A stretch of 64,000 nucleotides of DNA from a bacterium (GTDB taxonomy: Bacteria; UBA8248). Below the pieces are notes generated by a model. The model had not been told where the DNA came from. It did no database searches and saw only the letters and a program-made list of their open reading frames with translations. A program made the position numbers and the translations under genes. Positions 22,056 through 32,257 of this stretch are shown here, piece by piece; within the stretch, counting starts at the first letter, position 1; every line of letters begins with the position of its first letter. The stretch is taken from contig CBDATS010000008.1 in NCBI GenBank assembly GCA_965200245.1, positions 128,001-192,000 of the forward strand. The letters are read 5' to 3'.

Positions 22056-23321
22056 ATGAATCTCTTCGATGAACTGAAACGTCGCGGTTTGGTACACGAT
22101 CACACGGACCGGGAAGAGATGACGAGTGCATTGGGAAAAGGTGGCGTCAGCCTTTACAGCGGCTTTGATCCCACATCCGACAGCTTGCACATTGGAAGTC
22201 TGATCCCAATCGTGGGACTCATGCGCTTTCAACGCGCGGGTCACCGTCCCATTGCGGTCATCGGTGGCGGAACCGGTATGATTGGAGACCCGTCGGGAAA
22301 ATCGGAAGAGAGAAACCTCCTGGATGCAGAAGTTCTGGAACACAACCTCAAGGGAATCAGGGTTCAACTCGAAAAATTCCTTGATTTCGATGCGGGTTCA
22401 AATTCCGCACTTTTGGTGAACAACGCGGAGTGGCTGAGCGAGGTCCGCCTCATCGATTTTTTTCGAGATGTTGGCAAACATTTTTCCATCGGCTACATGA
22501 TGGCGAAAGAATCGGTGAAAACACGCATCGCCGATGCAGGGATTTCATACACGGAATTCAGCTACATGGCGCTTCAGGCGTTTGATTTTCTTCAACTGTA
22601 TGAAAAAGAGAATTGCGCTTTACAGATTGGCGGTTCCGATCAGTGGGGCAACATCACGGCGGGTATTGAGCTTATCCGGCGCGTTCATGGAAAGCCCGCA
22701 TACGGCATGACCTTCCCGCTCATCACGACTTCCGACGGCAGAAAATTCGGCAAAACGGAAAAAGGAAATATCTGGCTGGATCCGAAGCGAACCAGCCCAT
22801 ACCGATTCTCGCAGTACTGGATTCAGACGGACGACAGGGACGTCGGCAGGTTTCTAAGGTATTTTACCTTTCTGCCACTTGACGAGATTGATGAAATCGA
22901 GAAAGAACACCTCGAATCTCCGGAGAAGCGAGCAGGACAACGCCGCCTCTCGAGGGAATTAACGACACTCGTACACGGTGCCGCCGCGGCACGAAGCGCA
23001 GAGCGCGCCGCCGAAATTCTTTTTGGCGCTCAATTGGATGGCATCGAAAAGACCGATTTGCTCTCGGCGGCGGAGGAGATGCCGAAAACCCTGCAATCGG
23101 GAGCGCCCCCGTATCCACTCATAGATATCTTGCTGGAAACCGGCCTTTCCAAGTCCAAATCCCTGGCACGGAAAGAACTAAGAGGCGGAGGAATCTACGT
23201 GAACAATTGCCGTATCACGGATGAGACAAGCGCATTGTCTGCTGACGATATATTATTCGGCCAGTACATCCTGCTACGAAAAGGGAAAAAGAACTATCAT
23301 CTGCTGGAATTGAAAAGGTAA
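22056..23321 (+). CDS. tyrS: Tyrosine--tRNA ligase
   Basis: GFDPTSDSLHIGS, QIGGSDQWGNI, KFGKT, S4 tail LRKGKKNY. Confidence 0.98.
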   Translation: MNLFDELKRRGLVHDHTDREEMTSALGKGGVSLYSGFDPTSDSLHIGSLIPIVGLMRFQRAGHRPIAVIGGGTGMIGDPSGKSEERNLLDAEVLEHNLKGIRVQLEKFLDFDAGSNSALLVNNAEWLSEVRLIDFFRDVGKHFSIGYMMAKESVKTRIADAGISYTEFSYMALQAFDFLQLYEKENCALQIGGSDQWGNITAGIELIRRVHGKPAYGMTFPLITTSDGRKFGKTEKGNIWLDPKRTSPYRFSQYWIQTDDRDVGRFLRYFTFLPLDEIDEIEKEHLESPEKRAGQRRLSRELTTLVHGAAAARSAERAAEILFGAQLDGIEKTDLLSAAEEMPKTLQSGAPPYPLIDILLETGLSKSKSLARKELRGGGIYVNNCRITDETSALSADDILFGQYILLRKGKKNYHLLELKR

Positions 23322-23464
23322 ACGATTATGGAAATCATTGGTTGTCTCGTTTCGTCATATATGAGTGAGTAATTCTTCTTGCTAAGTCCAAGACATTTAC
23401 AGATGGTGAAAATGCTCTTGCATATCTGCCGGCGTTTCGGCTCTGTCGTAACAACCCCCCAATC

Positions 23465-24739
23465 ATGAACGAACGAACAAGCGCCCAAATCGCATACCAT
23501 GAACTACCGCCTGAGTTTCACCGGTGGAAATGGCGTGTTCTCATCGCCTTTTGCGTATTCTATGCCTTCAATTACCTGGGCAGATTCAACTTCAGTCTTG
23601 TGCAATACGCGGTCATCCAGGATCTGGGCATCACTCGAGTCGATACCGGGTGGATCAATTCATGGATGTTTTGGGGTTTTGCTTTCGGTGATCTTGTCTT
23701 CGGCAGGATTGCGGAAAAAATAGGCTACAAGAACACCATTCTATTCGCCGCCATCACTACCTCCCTGTTCAATTTTATTGCGAGTTTTGGAAACTCCATC
23801 ACTACACTCGCCATACCTTGGGCGGTGGTCGGTTTTGTGAACGCGGCTACATGGGGGCCAGGACTCGGGCTGGTGGCACAATGGTGGCCAAGACGTGAAC
23901 GGGGCCAGGCGATCGGACTCGTGGGAACAGCCGCCGGTATCGCGCTCCTCATCGTTTGGGCCGTAGTTCCCTGGACGGCAGCACATTATGGCTGGAGAAC
24001 AGCGATCCGCTACCCTCCTATGATCATTGCCGTTTTGGGAATCATTTTTTATTTCATCGCCAAGGATCGTCCTTCTGAACTGAATCTCCCGGAATACAGG
24101 GAATCGGACGAAGTGTCCCGCGAAGCAGAAGCGGCGGGCAGTGAGAGTGAACATGGACTGAAGGCGTATTTTCACTTGATGACCAATCTGCGCTTCTTTT
24201 TGGCGTGCCACGTAAAAGGACTGGACAATGTGGTTCGCTACGGTGTCGTCTCTTGGGCACCCTTGTATTACGCTCAGGTCGGCGGGTTCGATCTGAAAGA
24301 AATGGGTTTGCTGACCTTCGCCTACCCATTGGGGTATCTATTCGGACCCATCTTCGGCGGAATCATTTCCGATCGATTCTTCAAGAGCAATCGTTCCATC
24401 GTTATCATTCTCGCGGCCTTTCTGAGCGCAGCCGCGATGATGGGAATCGCCTACGCACCTGCAGATAACATCCCACTTGCCATCATTTTACTCATTGTCG
24501 GTGGATTTTGCGTCAACATGTCCACCGTGCAGGCGCTAGGGGTAGATCTGGCCGGCAGACGGCTCGCCGGAACGGCGGCAGGTGTGTTGGATGCTCATGG
24601 ATACATTTATGGTGCCCTTCAAGCCATTTTCTTTGGATGGCTGTCTCTGGCGGTTTCAAACGGCTGGTTCTGGGTGTTCACGGCCATGGCGGGTAGTCGG
24701 CTTATTGCGGTGTTGCTCGTCTGGAGGGTGCGGGCATAA
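23465..24739 (+). CDS. MFS transporter (GlpT/OPA-like)
   Basis: About 12 hydrophobic segments; YLGRFNFS, WWPRRERG, GIISDRFF. Confidence 0.88.
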   Translation: MNERTSAQIAYHELPPEFHRWKWRVLIAFCVFYAFNYLGRFNFSLVQYAVIQDLGITRVDTGWINSWMFWGFAFGDLVFGRIAEKIGYKNTILFAAITTSLFNFIASFGNSITTLAIPWAVVGFVNAATWGPGLGLVAQWWPRRERGQAIGLVGTAAGIALLIVWAVVPWTAAHYGWRTAIRYPPMIIAVLGIIFYFIAKDRPSELNLPEYRESDEVSREAEAAGSESEHGLKAYFHLMTNLRFFLACHVKGLDNVVRYGVVSWAPLYYAQVGGFDLKEMGLLTFAYPLGYLFGPIFGGIISDRFFKSNRSIVIILAAFLSAAAMMGIAYAPADNIPLAIILLIVGGFCVNMSTVQALGVDLAGRRLAGTAAGVLDAHGYIYGALQAIFFGWLSLAVSNGWFWVFTAMAGSRLIAVLLVWRVRA

Positions 24740-24753
24740 GCGAGTGAACTACC

Positions 24754-26190
24754 TCAGGAAAGTCGAGAAGGCCGCGTTCTTGAGCTTGACCACCCTTCAC
24801 CGTTTTCTCCTCTTATGCCTCTGAGTATTGCCAGGCGAATTCTGCCCTCATCACTTCCGAATTTTGCTTCGAAAAAGGAAAGGAGGCGCCGTATCCAAAT
24901 CTCACGATGTTCTTGTGGCATCACCAAATGCAAAGATTTTCCGAAACGCCAATCCTTGTCTGCCCCCCGGACGATGACGTCGAGTCGAACATCATCCTGT
25001 TCCGCCATATAGAGTGCTGCCAACAGGTCTCGCCCACTCTCCAGATCGAAAGGAAATGATTTTTCCGTTCCATCTCCAAATCGAATGCTCAAGTCCAGCG
25101 GGGTCGAATCCGTCTGTCCCGGCGCTTTGATAACAACCGAAAGAAGATCAGAAGAAGCAGATGCATCGACGCCAGCCACGATATAAGTCCTGCCACCCAC
25201 AGTAAACCTCGATGAAGAGAGGATATCGCTATCCTGATGTTGGTTGCTCAAAAAATATTTCATCCAATCAGGCAATCTCTCCCGGCCAGGGTAAGCTGTG
25301 GGCGTTTCGCCTTCATCCAGCAACTGAAGCCTGTTCGCCCATGCAAGCAAAGAAATGAAAAGTGGCGGCGCGGGGCGCAGGATTTCCGACTCCCAGGGTG
25401 TAATACCGCTCATTACGCCGTCGAGACTTCTCATCAAGCCAGCCTGCATATTTGCCCATACCGTAATTCGCTCGTTATCCTCTCCGGCTTGAATCGAAGT
25501 TCTCAACACCTCAATCGCCGCCAACCGACGAACCGGTTCGGATAAATGGTGATTTTGCTCCAGTTCTGGATATTTTTTCCGGGTTTCGGCGACATGTTCA
25601 GTCAAGCCATTTTCTTCAAGCCATGAATCCAGATTTACCGACAGGGAAATCAATCCCATATCCGGATCGCAGGATCGTCTCCAAAGGCCTCGGGCGCCTT
25701 CTAGCGTAGCGCTCACAGCCAGTTCCGTCTGAATCTCCCAAACATCGGAAAGTTCTTTTCGTACGGCGTCTTCGTCTATCCCTTTATCAAGCATGACCGC
25801 GATACGCTGGAGCAATAGGCTGAAAAACGCCGATTGTGCCTTCGCCATGGAGGACAATTTCCCGGGTCGCGATGTCAAGGAAGTCAGAATCAGATATAAG
25901 GGGCCAACCGCCGGTCTTGTTTCCCGGGCGCCAAAAAGCGCCGAGAGCTTCTCCATACGCTGAAGCACAACCCCGAATTCCTCGCCAGCCAATAACTTCA
26001 AATGAATGAAGGAGAGCGGAAGAACCTGCTCGGGCAAAACAGGTTCCGCCTGGGAAGAAAAAAGTATTTGGGTGACATTTTGTCTGATTTGCTGGCTCAC
26101 ATCACCGAAATTCTCACGCAGGTATTTCTCGCAAGACGACTCCCACCACTCATGAAACAATCTTTGCCGCGTGGTCGTGGACACTCTCAT
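24754..26190 (-). CDS. Hypothetical protein (478 aa)
   Basis: Long ORF coupled by ATGA overlap to the upstream gene; no motif recognised. Confidence 0.7.
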   Translation of the reverse strand: MRVSTTTRQRLFHEWWESSCEKYLRENFGDVSQQIRQNVTQILFSSQAEPVLPEQVLPLSFIHLKLLAGEEFGVVLQRMEKLSALFGARETRPAVGPLYLILTSLTSRPGKLSSMAKAQSAFFSLLLQRIAVMLDKGIDEDAVRKELSDVWEIQTELAVSATLEGARGLWRRSCDPDMGLISLSVNLDSWLEENGLTEHVAETRKKYPELEQNHHLSEPVRRLAAIEVLRTSIQAGEDNERITVWANMQAGLMRSLDGVMSGITPWESEILRPAPPLFISLLAWANRLQLLDEGETPTAYPGRERLPDWMKYFLSNQHQDSDILSSSRFTVGGRTYIVAGVDASASSDLLSVVIKAPGQTDSTPLDLSIRFGDGTEKSFPFDLESGRDLLAALYMAEQDDVRLDVIVRGADKDWRFGKSLHLVMPQEHREIWIRRLLSFFEAKFGSDEGRIRLAILRGIRGENGEGWSSSRTRPSRLS

Positions 26191-26402
26191 TCGCTCTTGG
26201 ATATGGAGGAGTGATCCTGCCTTTCAAAAGAGCCGGAATGCGGTTTCTTCTGAAGCAAACGCCCGAGAGAAAACAGAATGACAGCGGAACCTAAAATGGC
26301 GAGTTGAATGACATAGGCGGAGGGATTCAAAACGCCAATGAGCAAGGCGACACCACAGTCCACCATGGCGAGAATCTGAAGCGCTCGTCCCAGGCCATAC
26401 AT
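26187..26402 (-). CDS. Small two-helix membrane protein
   Basis: MYGLGRALQILAMVDCGVALLIG...AVILFSLGRLLQKK; overlaps both neighbours' stop/start codons. Confidence 0.65.
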   Translation of the reverse strand: MYGLGRALQILAMVDCGVALLIGVLNPSAYVIQLAILGSAVILFSLGRLLQKKPHSGSFERQDHSSISKSE

Positions 26403-27598
26403 CAACCCAGTTGTCCCAAGGCCGCCCGGATACGCTCGATGCCCTCTTTTATGTTTTCCAAGGAAGTCGCGTAGGAGAACCGTACGTAGTCGTCGGCGCC
26501 GAATCCTGCGCCGGGAACACCTGCACATTGGGCGTGTTCGAGGAGATAGAGCCCCACGTCCATTGAATTTCTTAATACTCCGTCGGGTCCCTGACGCCCG
26601 AATATGCCGCTCACGCGGGGAAAGGCGTAGAACGCGCCTTTGGGATTCACGACGCTCAGCCCCTCAATAGAGTTGAATCCCTCGACGATCGTCTTTCTTC
26701 TCGCGTCGTATTGCGCCAGCCATTCGTTGAGGAAGCTGTGTGACCCTCTAAGTGCAGCGACTCCGCCGTATTGAGCGAAGGAGGTGGCGTTGCTCGTACT
26801 CTGGCCCTGAAGCGTGTCCATGGCCTCGATGATTTCAGAGTTCGCGAGAGTATAGCCCATCCGCCAGCCCGTCATCGCGTAGGTTTTTGAAAACCCGTCC
26901 AGAACGAGGGTGCGTGCCTTCATCTCCGGAGAAAAACTGGCGATCGACACGTGTTCTTCACCGTCATAGTTAATTTTTCCGTAAATTTCATCGGACATGA
27001 CCATCGCGTCGGTGGACAGTACCACCTCGGCTATCGCTTCCAACTCCGCGCGGCTGTATACGCAGCCTGAAGGATTGCACGGGCTGTTGATCACCACGAT
27101 TTTCGTGCGCTCAGAGACGGCCTCGCGCAACTGCTCGGCTGACATCTTGTGGCCGTTTTCCTCGCTAGTCTGTACCAGAACTGGCTTCGCCCCTGTCAGG
27201 GTGGCAACAGGCTCGTACGCTACCCAAATAGGTGCCGGAATGACGACCTCATCGCCTTCCTCGACGAGGACATGCAATGCGTTGAAAACCGATTGCTTCC
27301 CGCCCACGGTGACGATTATGTCCGTCTTCGGGTCATACCGGAGGCCCTTGTGCTCCTCCACCCAATCGCCAATCGCTTCCCTGAGAGCGGGGATGCCCCG
27401 GACCGCCGTATATTTCGTGGCGCCGTCGTGCAGCCCCTGAATGGCTCCTTCCTTGATGTGTTCGGGAGTATCGAAATCGGGTTCTCCGGCGGCGAACGAG
27501 ATGACGTCGATGCCCTGTGCCTTCATTTCCGCCGCCTTGGTGTTCATCGCCAGTGTGGGAATGGGAGGCAGCTTGCTCATTCGGGATGCAAAACGCAT
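26402..27598 (-). CDS. Aspartate aminotransferase (class I/II PLP enzyme)
   Basis: AGEPDFDTP, NSPCNPSG, SDEIY, GFSKTYAMTGWRMGY. Confidence 0.93.
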   Translation of the reverse strand: MRFASRMSKLPPIPTLAMNTKAAEMKAQGIDVISFAAGEPDFDTPEHIKEGAIQGLHDGATKYTAVRGIPALREAIGDWVEEHKGLRYDPKTDIIVTVGGKQSVFNALHVLVEEGDEVVIPAPIWVAYEPVATLTGAKPVLVQTSEENGHKMSAEQLREAVSERTKIVVINSPCNPSGCVYSRAELEAIAEVVLSTDAMVMSDEIYGKINYDGEEHVSIASFSPEMKARTLVLDGFSKTYAMTGWRMGYTLANSEIIEAMDTLQGQSTSNATSFAQYGGVAALRGSHSFLNEWLAQYDARRKTIVEGFNSIEGLSVVNPKGAFYAFPRVSGIFGRQGPDGVLRNSMDVGLYLLEHAQCAGVPGAGFGADDYVRFSYATSLENIKEGIERIRAALGQLG

Positions 27599-27626
27599 GA
27601 AAAACTCCAGGGTTTGGAAATGAAAG

Positions 27627-28112
27627 TTAGCTGTGGAACCGCTCTCCGAGAGCTTCCCGCACGGACGCGGATACATGTTCACTTACGTCTCCGCCAAGCG
27701 AGGCGACTTCCTTGATTAGGCTAGAACTGAGGAAACTGTATTGTTCGCTGGGCATCAGGAAAATCGTTTCGATCTCCTCGTTCAGCCTTCTGTTCATGAG
27801 TGTCATCTGCATTTCGTAGTCAAAATCGCTTACGGCGCGAAGCCCGCGAATGATCGCCTGAGCGTTCACTTTCATGGCGAAATCTACGAGCAGTTCACGT
27901 TCGAAACTCCTTACATCGATCTGGTTGGACTCCCTGAATTCCTCGAGGAAAAAATTTTTTCGCTCCTCGAAACTGAACAGAGGAGATTTCGAAGGGTGGA
28001 CCGAAATGGCCACGGTGACTTTTGAGAAAAGCTTCTGGCTCCTGCGAACGACGTCGAAATGCCCCTGCGTTGGCGGATCGAAAGTTCCCGGGTATACCGC
28101 GTGACTTTCCAT
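27627..28112 (-). CDS. coaD: Phosphopantetheine adenylyltransferase
   Basis: YPGTFDPPTQGH, IRGLRAVSDFDYE, SSSLIKEVA. Confidence 0.97.
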   Translation of the reverse strand: MESHAVYPGTFDPPTQGHFDVVRRSQKLFSKVTVAISVHPSKSPLFSFEERKNFFLEEFRESNQIDVRSFERELLVDFAMKVNAQAIIRGLRAVSDFDYEMQMTLMNRRLNEEIETIFLMPSEQYSFLSSSLIKEVASLGGDVSEHVSASVREALGERFHS

Positions 28113-28367
28113 GAACAACAAACCTCAGCAAGGACTCGAGACATTCCCTCTTCAAAGGGATGAGGGCGATTTCCCGCGAAAAATCCGCGTTAAACCTAGT
28201 CTCTTTGAATATCTCGTGTCAACTTGATGGAGGAAAACATCCTCGGGGCACTACATGTAAAGTCTGGTCTCGTTACGAAGCCGCCCATCCCCGGATTTGA
28301 GGGGTGATTGAGAAATTCCTGATCGAGTCATGGGAGCATGAACACGTCGGATACTGGACCAGATATC

Positions 28368-28928
28368 CTAGTGTTTCAGGACCTCCCGTACCATATGGCT
28401 AATTTCGGGAAGTATGATTTTTTCCATCCCAGTGCGGCATGCATTCCCGGAGCCTGGAAGCGTCATGATGATAGTATCCTGACAAGTACCCGCCGTCGCA
28501 CGGGTGAGCATGGAGGCTGTGCCGATTTCCTCGAAACTGACGTGGCGGAACAATTCACCGAAGCCGGGCATTTCCTTTTCCAAGAGTGAAACGACGACAT
28601 CGTATGTCGTATCCCGCTTGGTAATGCCCGTCCCCCCATTTGAAATCACTACTTGAATGTCGGGGTTCGAACAAGCCTCGAGCAGGGATTCGCGAATCTG
28701 TGTCGGTTCGTCTTTCACGATGCGGTAAAATGATACTTTGTGACCCATGTCGCTCAGCATGTTCATGATCAATTTGCCGCTCGTGTCGGTTTCTTCCGTG
28801 CGCGTGTCGCTCACCGTGAGCACACCGCAAGTGACGGCATCCGGCCCCTCTGCGCGGTGCTCTTCGTGAGTCATCAGATCTGCCGCCTGCTCGACTTCCC
28901 GGCGAGACGGTCCCTCGCTCTGGTTCAT
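28368..28928 (-). CDS. moaB: Molybdenum cofactor biosynthesis protein B / Mog family
   Basis: LTVSDTR, GGTGITKRDTT, MPGFGELFR, LPGS. Confidence 0.88.
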   Translation of the reverse strand: MNQSEGPSRREVEQAADLMTHEEHRAEGPDAVTCGVLTVSDTRTEETDTSGKLIMNMLSDMGHKVSFYRIVKDEPTQIRESLLEACSNPDIQVVISNGGTGITKRDTTYDVVVSLLEKEMPGFGELFRHVSFEEIGTASMLTRATAGTCQDTIIMTLPGSGNACRTGMEKIILPEISHMVREVLKH

Positions 28929-29233
28929 TCTCACCTCCTGCTTTTCGACCTTTCCCGACGTTCTTTTCTATCCGCCATACGGCCCTTGTCTGGAAGAATG
29001 ATCAGCATTGAAAAAAACGAGCGGAAGGGTAATGAAGCATTTTGCATATCCAACCTTTGAAGGCAATGCGTAGTCCCTTCTCTTCACGAGGCGAAAATTT
29101 TATCTTGGGGACTGAATCGCTCGAGAAAACAAAAGAGCCGGAGAATTCATTCCCCGGCTCTTCCCAGGACTTACCATAAACCCTGAGGAGCGAACGCCGA
29201 GACCTTGGTGGGTTCACTACGCGCCCCCGGAAG

Positions 29234-29515
29234 TTATTTCATCATTTTCTTTTTTTTGAAGCCCTTGGCCATCATGCACTCATCAAACTTGCTCACCTTG
29301 TAAGTCGTCTCGGAAGTGATCGCCTCAGGGCCGCCTTTGGCTTTCGCGTCGTACAGGAACTCCGCTTTCATCGCGCAACTCTTGAAGTCCTTCATCGCCT
29401 GATCCGTCTTGACGCCCACACCACGCTTCAACCAAACTTGGTGCTTCGACGTCGTACATCCAGCCACCACGACGACCATTCCAACCACCAGAAAGATACC
29501 AACCATTTTTCGCAT
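29234..29515 (-). CDS. Small lipoprotein
   Basis: Basic N-terminus, hydrophobic core, VVAGC lipobox; ends CMMAKGF. Confidence 0.7.
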   Translation of the reverse strand: MRKMVGIFLVVGMVVVVAGCTTSKHQVWLKRGVGVKTDQAMKDFKSCAMKAEFLYDAKAKGGPEAITSETTYKVSKFDECMMAKGFKKKKMMK

Positions 29516-30061
29516 AAGTCGCAATCCCCTTCTAAAATCCATTCCCCGCCTGTCCTCTGCATCCTGCGAGGCCCAAAAGCGTTTCCCTGCAAATAGTACG
29601 CATAACCCCAAATTTACCATTCTATTATCTCGACGTCCAACACAAAATACTCAGATACCCCGCCCGGTCAAAATCAAGTCATTCATGTAGTGATCCTTAT
29701 CTGCGAATTACGCCCATTTCCATTAAATTCCTCAACAGAGAAACGACAGGAAAATCCTGTGAATTTAACGAATCTTATCCAATTCTTTGGAAATATTAGA
29801 ATGAGTCAGAGAATTGTGTCAGCCACCGTACAGGCGATGATCTAGATGATCTAGTTGAGACGAAAGTGCCTCGAAGATGTCTTGGCCAACTTGGAGACGG
29901 TTAGAACGCCGACGGACAAGCCAGCATATCGAAATCCATACGCCAGAACGCCCCCCGTCCGTAGCAATCAAATAAACCAGTGCCAACATTGCAACTGAGA
30001 TTGAATCAGCTTGGATGCAATCTATTCTGACTCGCAAACGCCACGCGTTTATGCGACAGGC

Positions 30062-30847
30062 CTATCCGGCGTCTACCTCTCCCTTGGGCGCATCGTCTCC
30101 GTTCGGCAGATTGTCCACGAATGGCTTGAGCAGGTCGAGCGGAAGCGGGAAAACGATCGTGGAGTTGTTCTCGGTGGCGACTTCCGAGAGAGTCTGCAAG
30201 AAGCGAAGTTGCAGCGCGCCCGGAGCCGTGGCGATATTGGTGGCCGCCTCGGCCAGCCGCTCGCTCGCCTGGTATTCGCCCTCTGCGTGAATGACTTTGG
30301 CGCGACGTTCGCGCTCGGCTTCTGCCTGGCGGGCGATGGCGCGCTGCATCTCGCCGGGAAGGTCTACGTGCTTGAGTTCCACGTTGGTCACCTTGATGCC
30401 CCAAGGGTCGGTGGCGTGATCAAGAAGTTCCTGAAGCTGGGAGTTAATCTTCTCACGCTCCGAGAGCAGATCGTCGAGTTCCATCTGTCCCAGCACGCTT
30501 CTGAGCGTCGTCTGACTCAACTGGCCCGTTGCGTAGAGGAAATCCTCCACCTCAATGACGGCGCGCTCGGGGTTCAGCACACGGAAGTAGACTACGGCGT
30601 TCACTTTTACGGACACGTTGTCCTTTGTGACAATGTCCTGCGGGGGCACGTCCATCGTCACCAGTCGCAAGCCCACGCGAGTCATGCGGTCGATCACCGG
30701 AAGCACGATGATGAGTCCCGGTCCCTTGGTGGAATAGAAACGGCCAAGCCGGAAGACGACGCCGCGCTCGTATTCGTTCAGGACGCGTATGGCGCTCGCC
30801 AGGAATAACAAGACGATAACGACGGCGATGATCAAACTCAGATTCAT
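30062..30847 (-). CDS. SPFH/stomatin-like (slipin) protein
   Basis: [41 protein letters not shown]. Confidence 0.95.
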   Translation of the reverse strand: MNLSLIIAVVIVLLFLASAIRVLNEYERGVVFRLGRFYSTKGPGLIIVLPVIDRMTRVGLRLVTMDVPPQDIVTKDNVSVKVNAVVYFRVLNPERAVIEVEDFLYATGQLSQTTLRSVLGQMELDDLLSEREKINSQLQELLDHATDPWGIKVTNVELKHVDLPGEMQRAIARQAEAERERRAKVIHAEGEYQASERLAEAATNIATAPGALQLRFLQTLSEVATENNSTIVFPLPLDLLKPFVDNLPNGDDAPKGEVDAG

Positions 30848-32176
30848 TTATCCACCCTCCTTCTCGACGCGGAGCCTGAGGCCCTCCACCCAGACCACAC
30901 GAACCTTGTCACCGATTGCTAGGGGTTCCTTGGAATCCGCGAGCCATATTTCGCCATGCACCCGTACTTGGGCCGACGATCCTTCCCGGAGCAATGCGCT
31001 TACGACACCCGACTGATCGAGCATTCCCTCCGAACCCGAAACCGGACGCACCCGCTGGGCGCGAAAACCCATACCCACGAGCCAGACGAAGAACATGGCC
31101 GTTCCGGCGACCGCGGGTAGAATCACCTTCAGGCTGATTTGCAGGTAGGGGTCCGGAGAGTCGATGAGCATAACCGAACCGATCGTCATAGCGATGATTC
31201 CGCCGATGGTCAGACCCCCGTAGCTGACCACCTTGATCTCCAGGAGAAACATGATGATGGCTAGTCCCATCAAGAGAAGCCCCACGTAATTCACCGGCAA
31301 GACCTTGAGTGCGTAAAGGGCCAACAGGAGGCTGATGGCACCGACCACGCCTGGAAGTATAGAGCCTGGATTCGAAAGCTCGAAGAACAGTCCGTACATC
31401 CCAAGCAGCATCAGGATGTAGGCGATGTTGGGATCGCTCAACAGGGTGAGTACCTTTTGCCGCAAGCTACGCTCAAGGGTTATTTGCTGGGCGCCTTTTG
31501 TCGAGAGGGTGACAGTGGTGCCGCCTTCGATCTTGATCTTTTTCCCATGAACCGCCAGGAGAAGCGACCGCACATCCGTGACCACGAGGTCGATGACCTT
31601 TTGCTTCAGTGCTTCGGCCTCATCCACGGATATCGCCTCACGGACCGCGCTCTCCGCCCATTCTGTATTTCGCCCGGTACGTAAAGCTACCGCTCGCGCG
31701 AAAGCGGCCACATCGTTCATCGCTTTTTTGCGCATATCGCCCTGAATCTGCTTTCCCCCGCCCGAGACGGGAGAAGCCGCACCGATGTTTGTCCCCGGTG
31801 CCATGGCGGCGATGTGGGCCGACATGGTTATGAAGGTGCCCGCCGAGGCGGCCCGCGCCCCTCCCGGAGCGACGTACACCGCCACTGGAACGTTAGAGCC
31901 AAAAATCGCCTGTACGATATCGCGCGTGCTGGTGACGAGACCGCCGGGAGTATCGAGGCGAATGACGAGAAGCTGCGCCTTTCTTCTGGTTGCCTCTTCG
32001 ATTCCGAACGCAATGTACTCTGAAGTGCCGGGCGATATGGCGTCCGCCACATCCAGCACCACGACGGGAGGCGTATTTTGCGAAGCGACGGCATGGTAGA
32101 GGGTCAGCACTATGCCGAGCACCACCAGGGAACTCAAAAACGCCAGATGAACTTTTCTTCGGAATATCCTGCGCAT
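30848..32176 (-). CDS. nfeD: NfeD family membrane-bound serine protease
   Basis: LDTPGGLV, AASAG, NIGAA, TM region, C-terminal VHGEIW OB fold; precedes stomatin. Confidence 0.93.
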   Translation of the reverse strand: MRRIFRRKVHLAFLSSLVVLGIVLTLYHAVASQNTPPVVVLDVADAISPGTSEYIAFGIEEATRRKAQLLVIRLDTPGGLVTSTRDIVQAIFGSNVPVAVYVAPGGARAASAGTFITMSAHIAAMAPGTNIGAASPVSGGGKQIQGDMRKKAMNDVAAFARAVALRTGRNTEWAESAVREAISVDEAEALKQKVIDLVVTDVRSLLLAVHGKKIKIEGGTTVTLSTKGAQQITLERSLRQKVLTLLSDPNIAYILMLLGMYGLFFELSNPGSILPGVVGAISLLLALYALKVLPVNYVGLLLMGLAIIMFLLEIKVVSYGGLTIGGIIAMTIGSVMLIDSPDPYLQISLKVILPAVAGTAMFFVWLVGMGFRAQRVRPVSGSEGMLDQSGVVSALLREGSSAQVRVHGEIWLADSKEPLAIGDKVRVVWVEGLRLRVEKEGG

Positions 32177-32257
32177 CTCGTCCCTCAAGAGCAGCGAGAT
32201 TGTCCGCTACATTTTAACACAAACACGAGCCTCGTCATCAACCGTCGCAGGGGACCA

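Noticed and set aside
30062-32176. nfeD-stomatin pair as a novel system
   Set aside because: This is a well-described, widespread operon.
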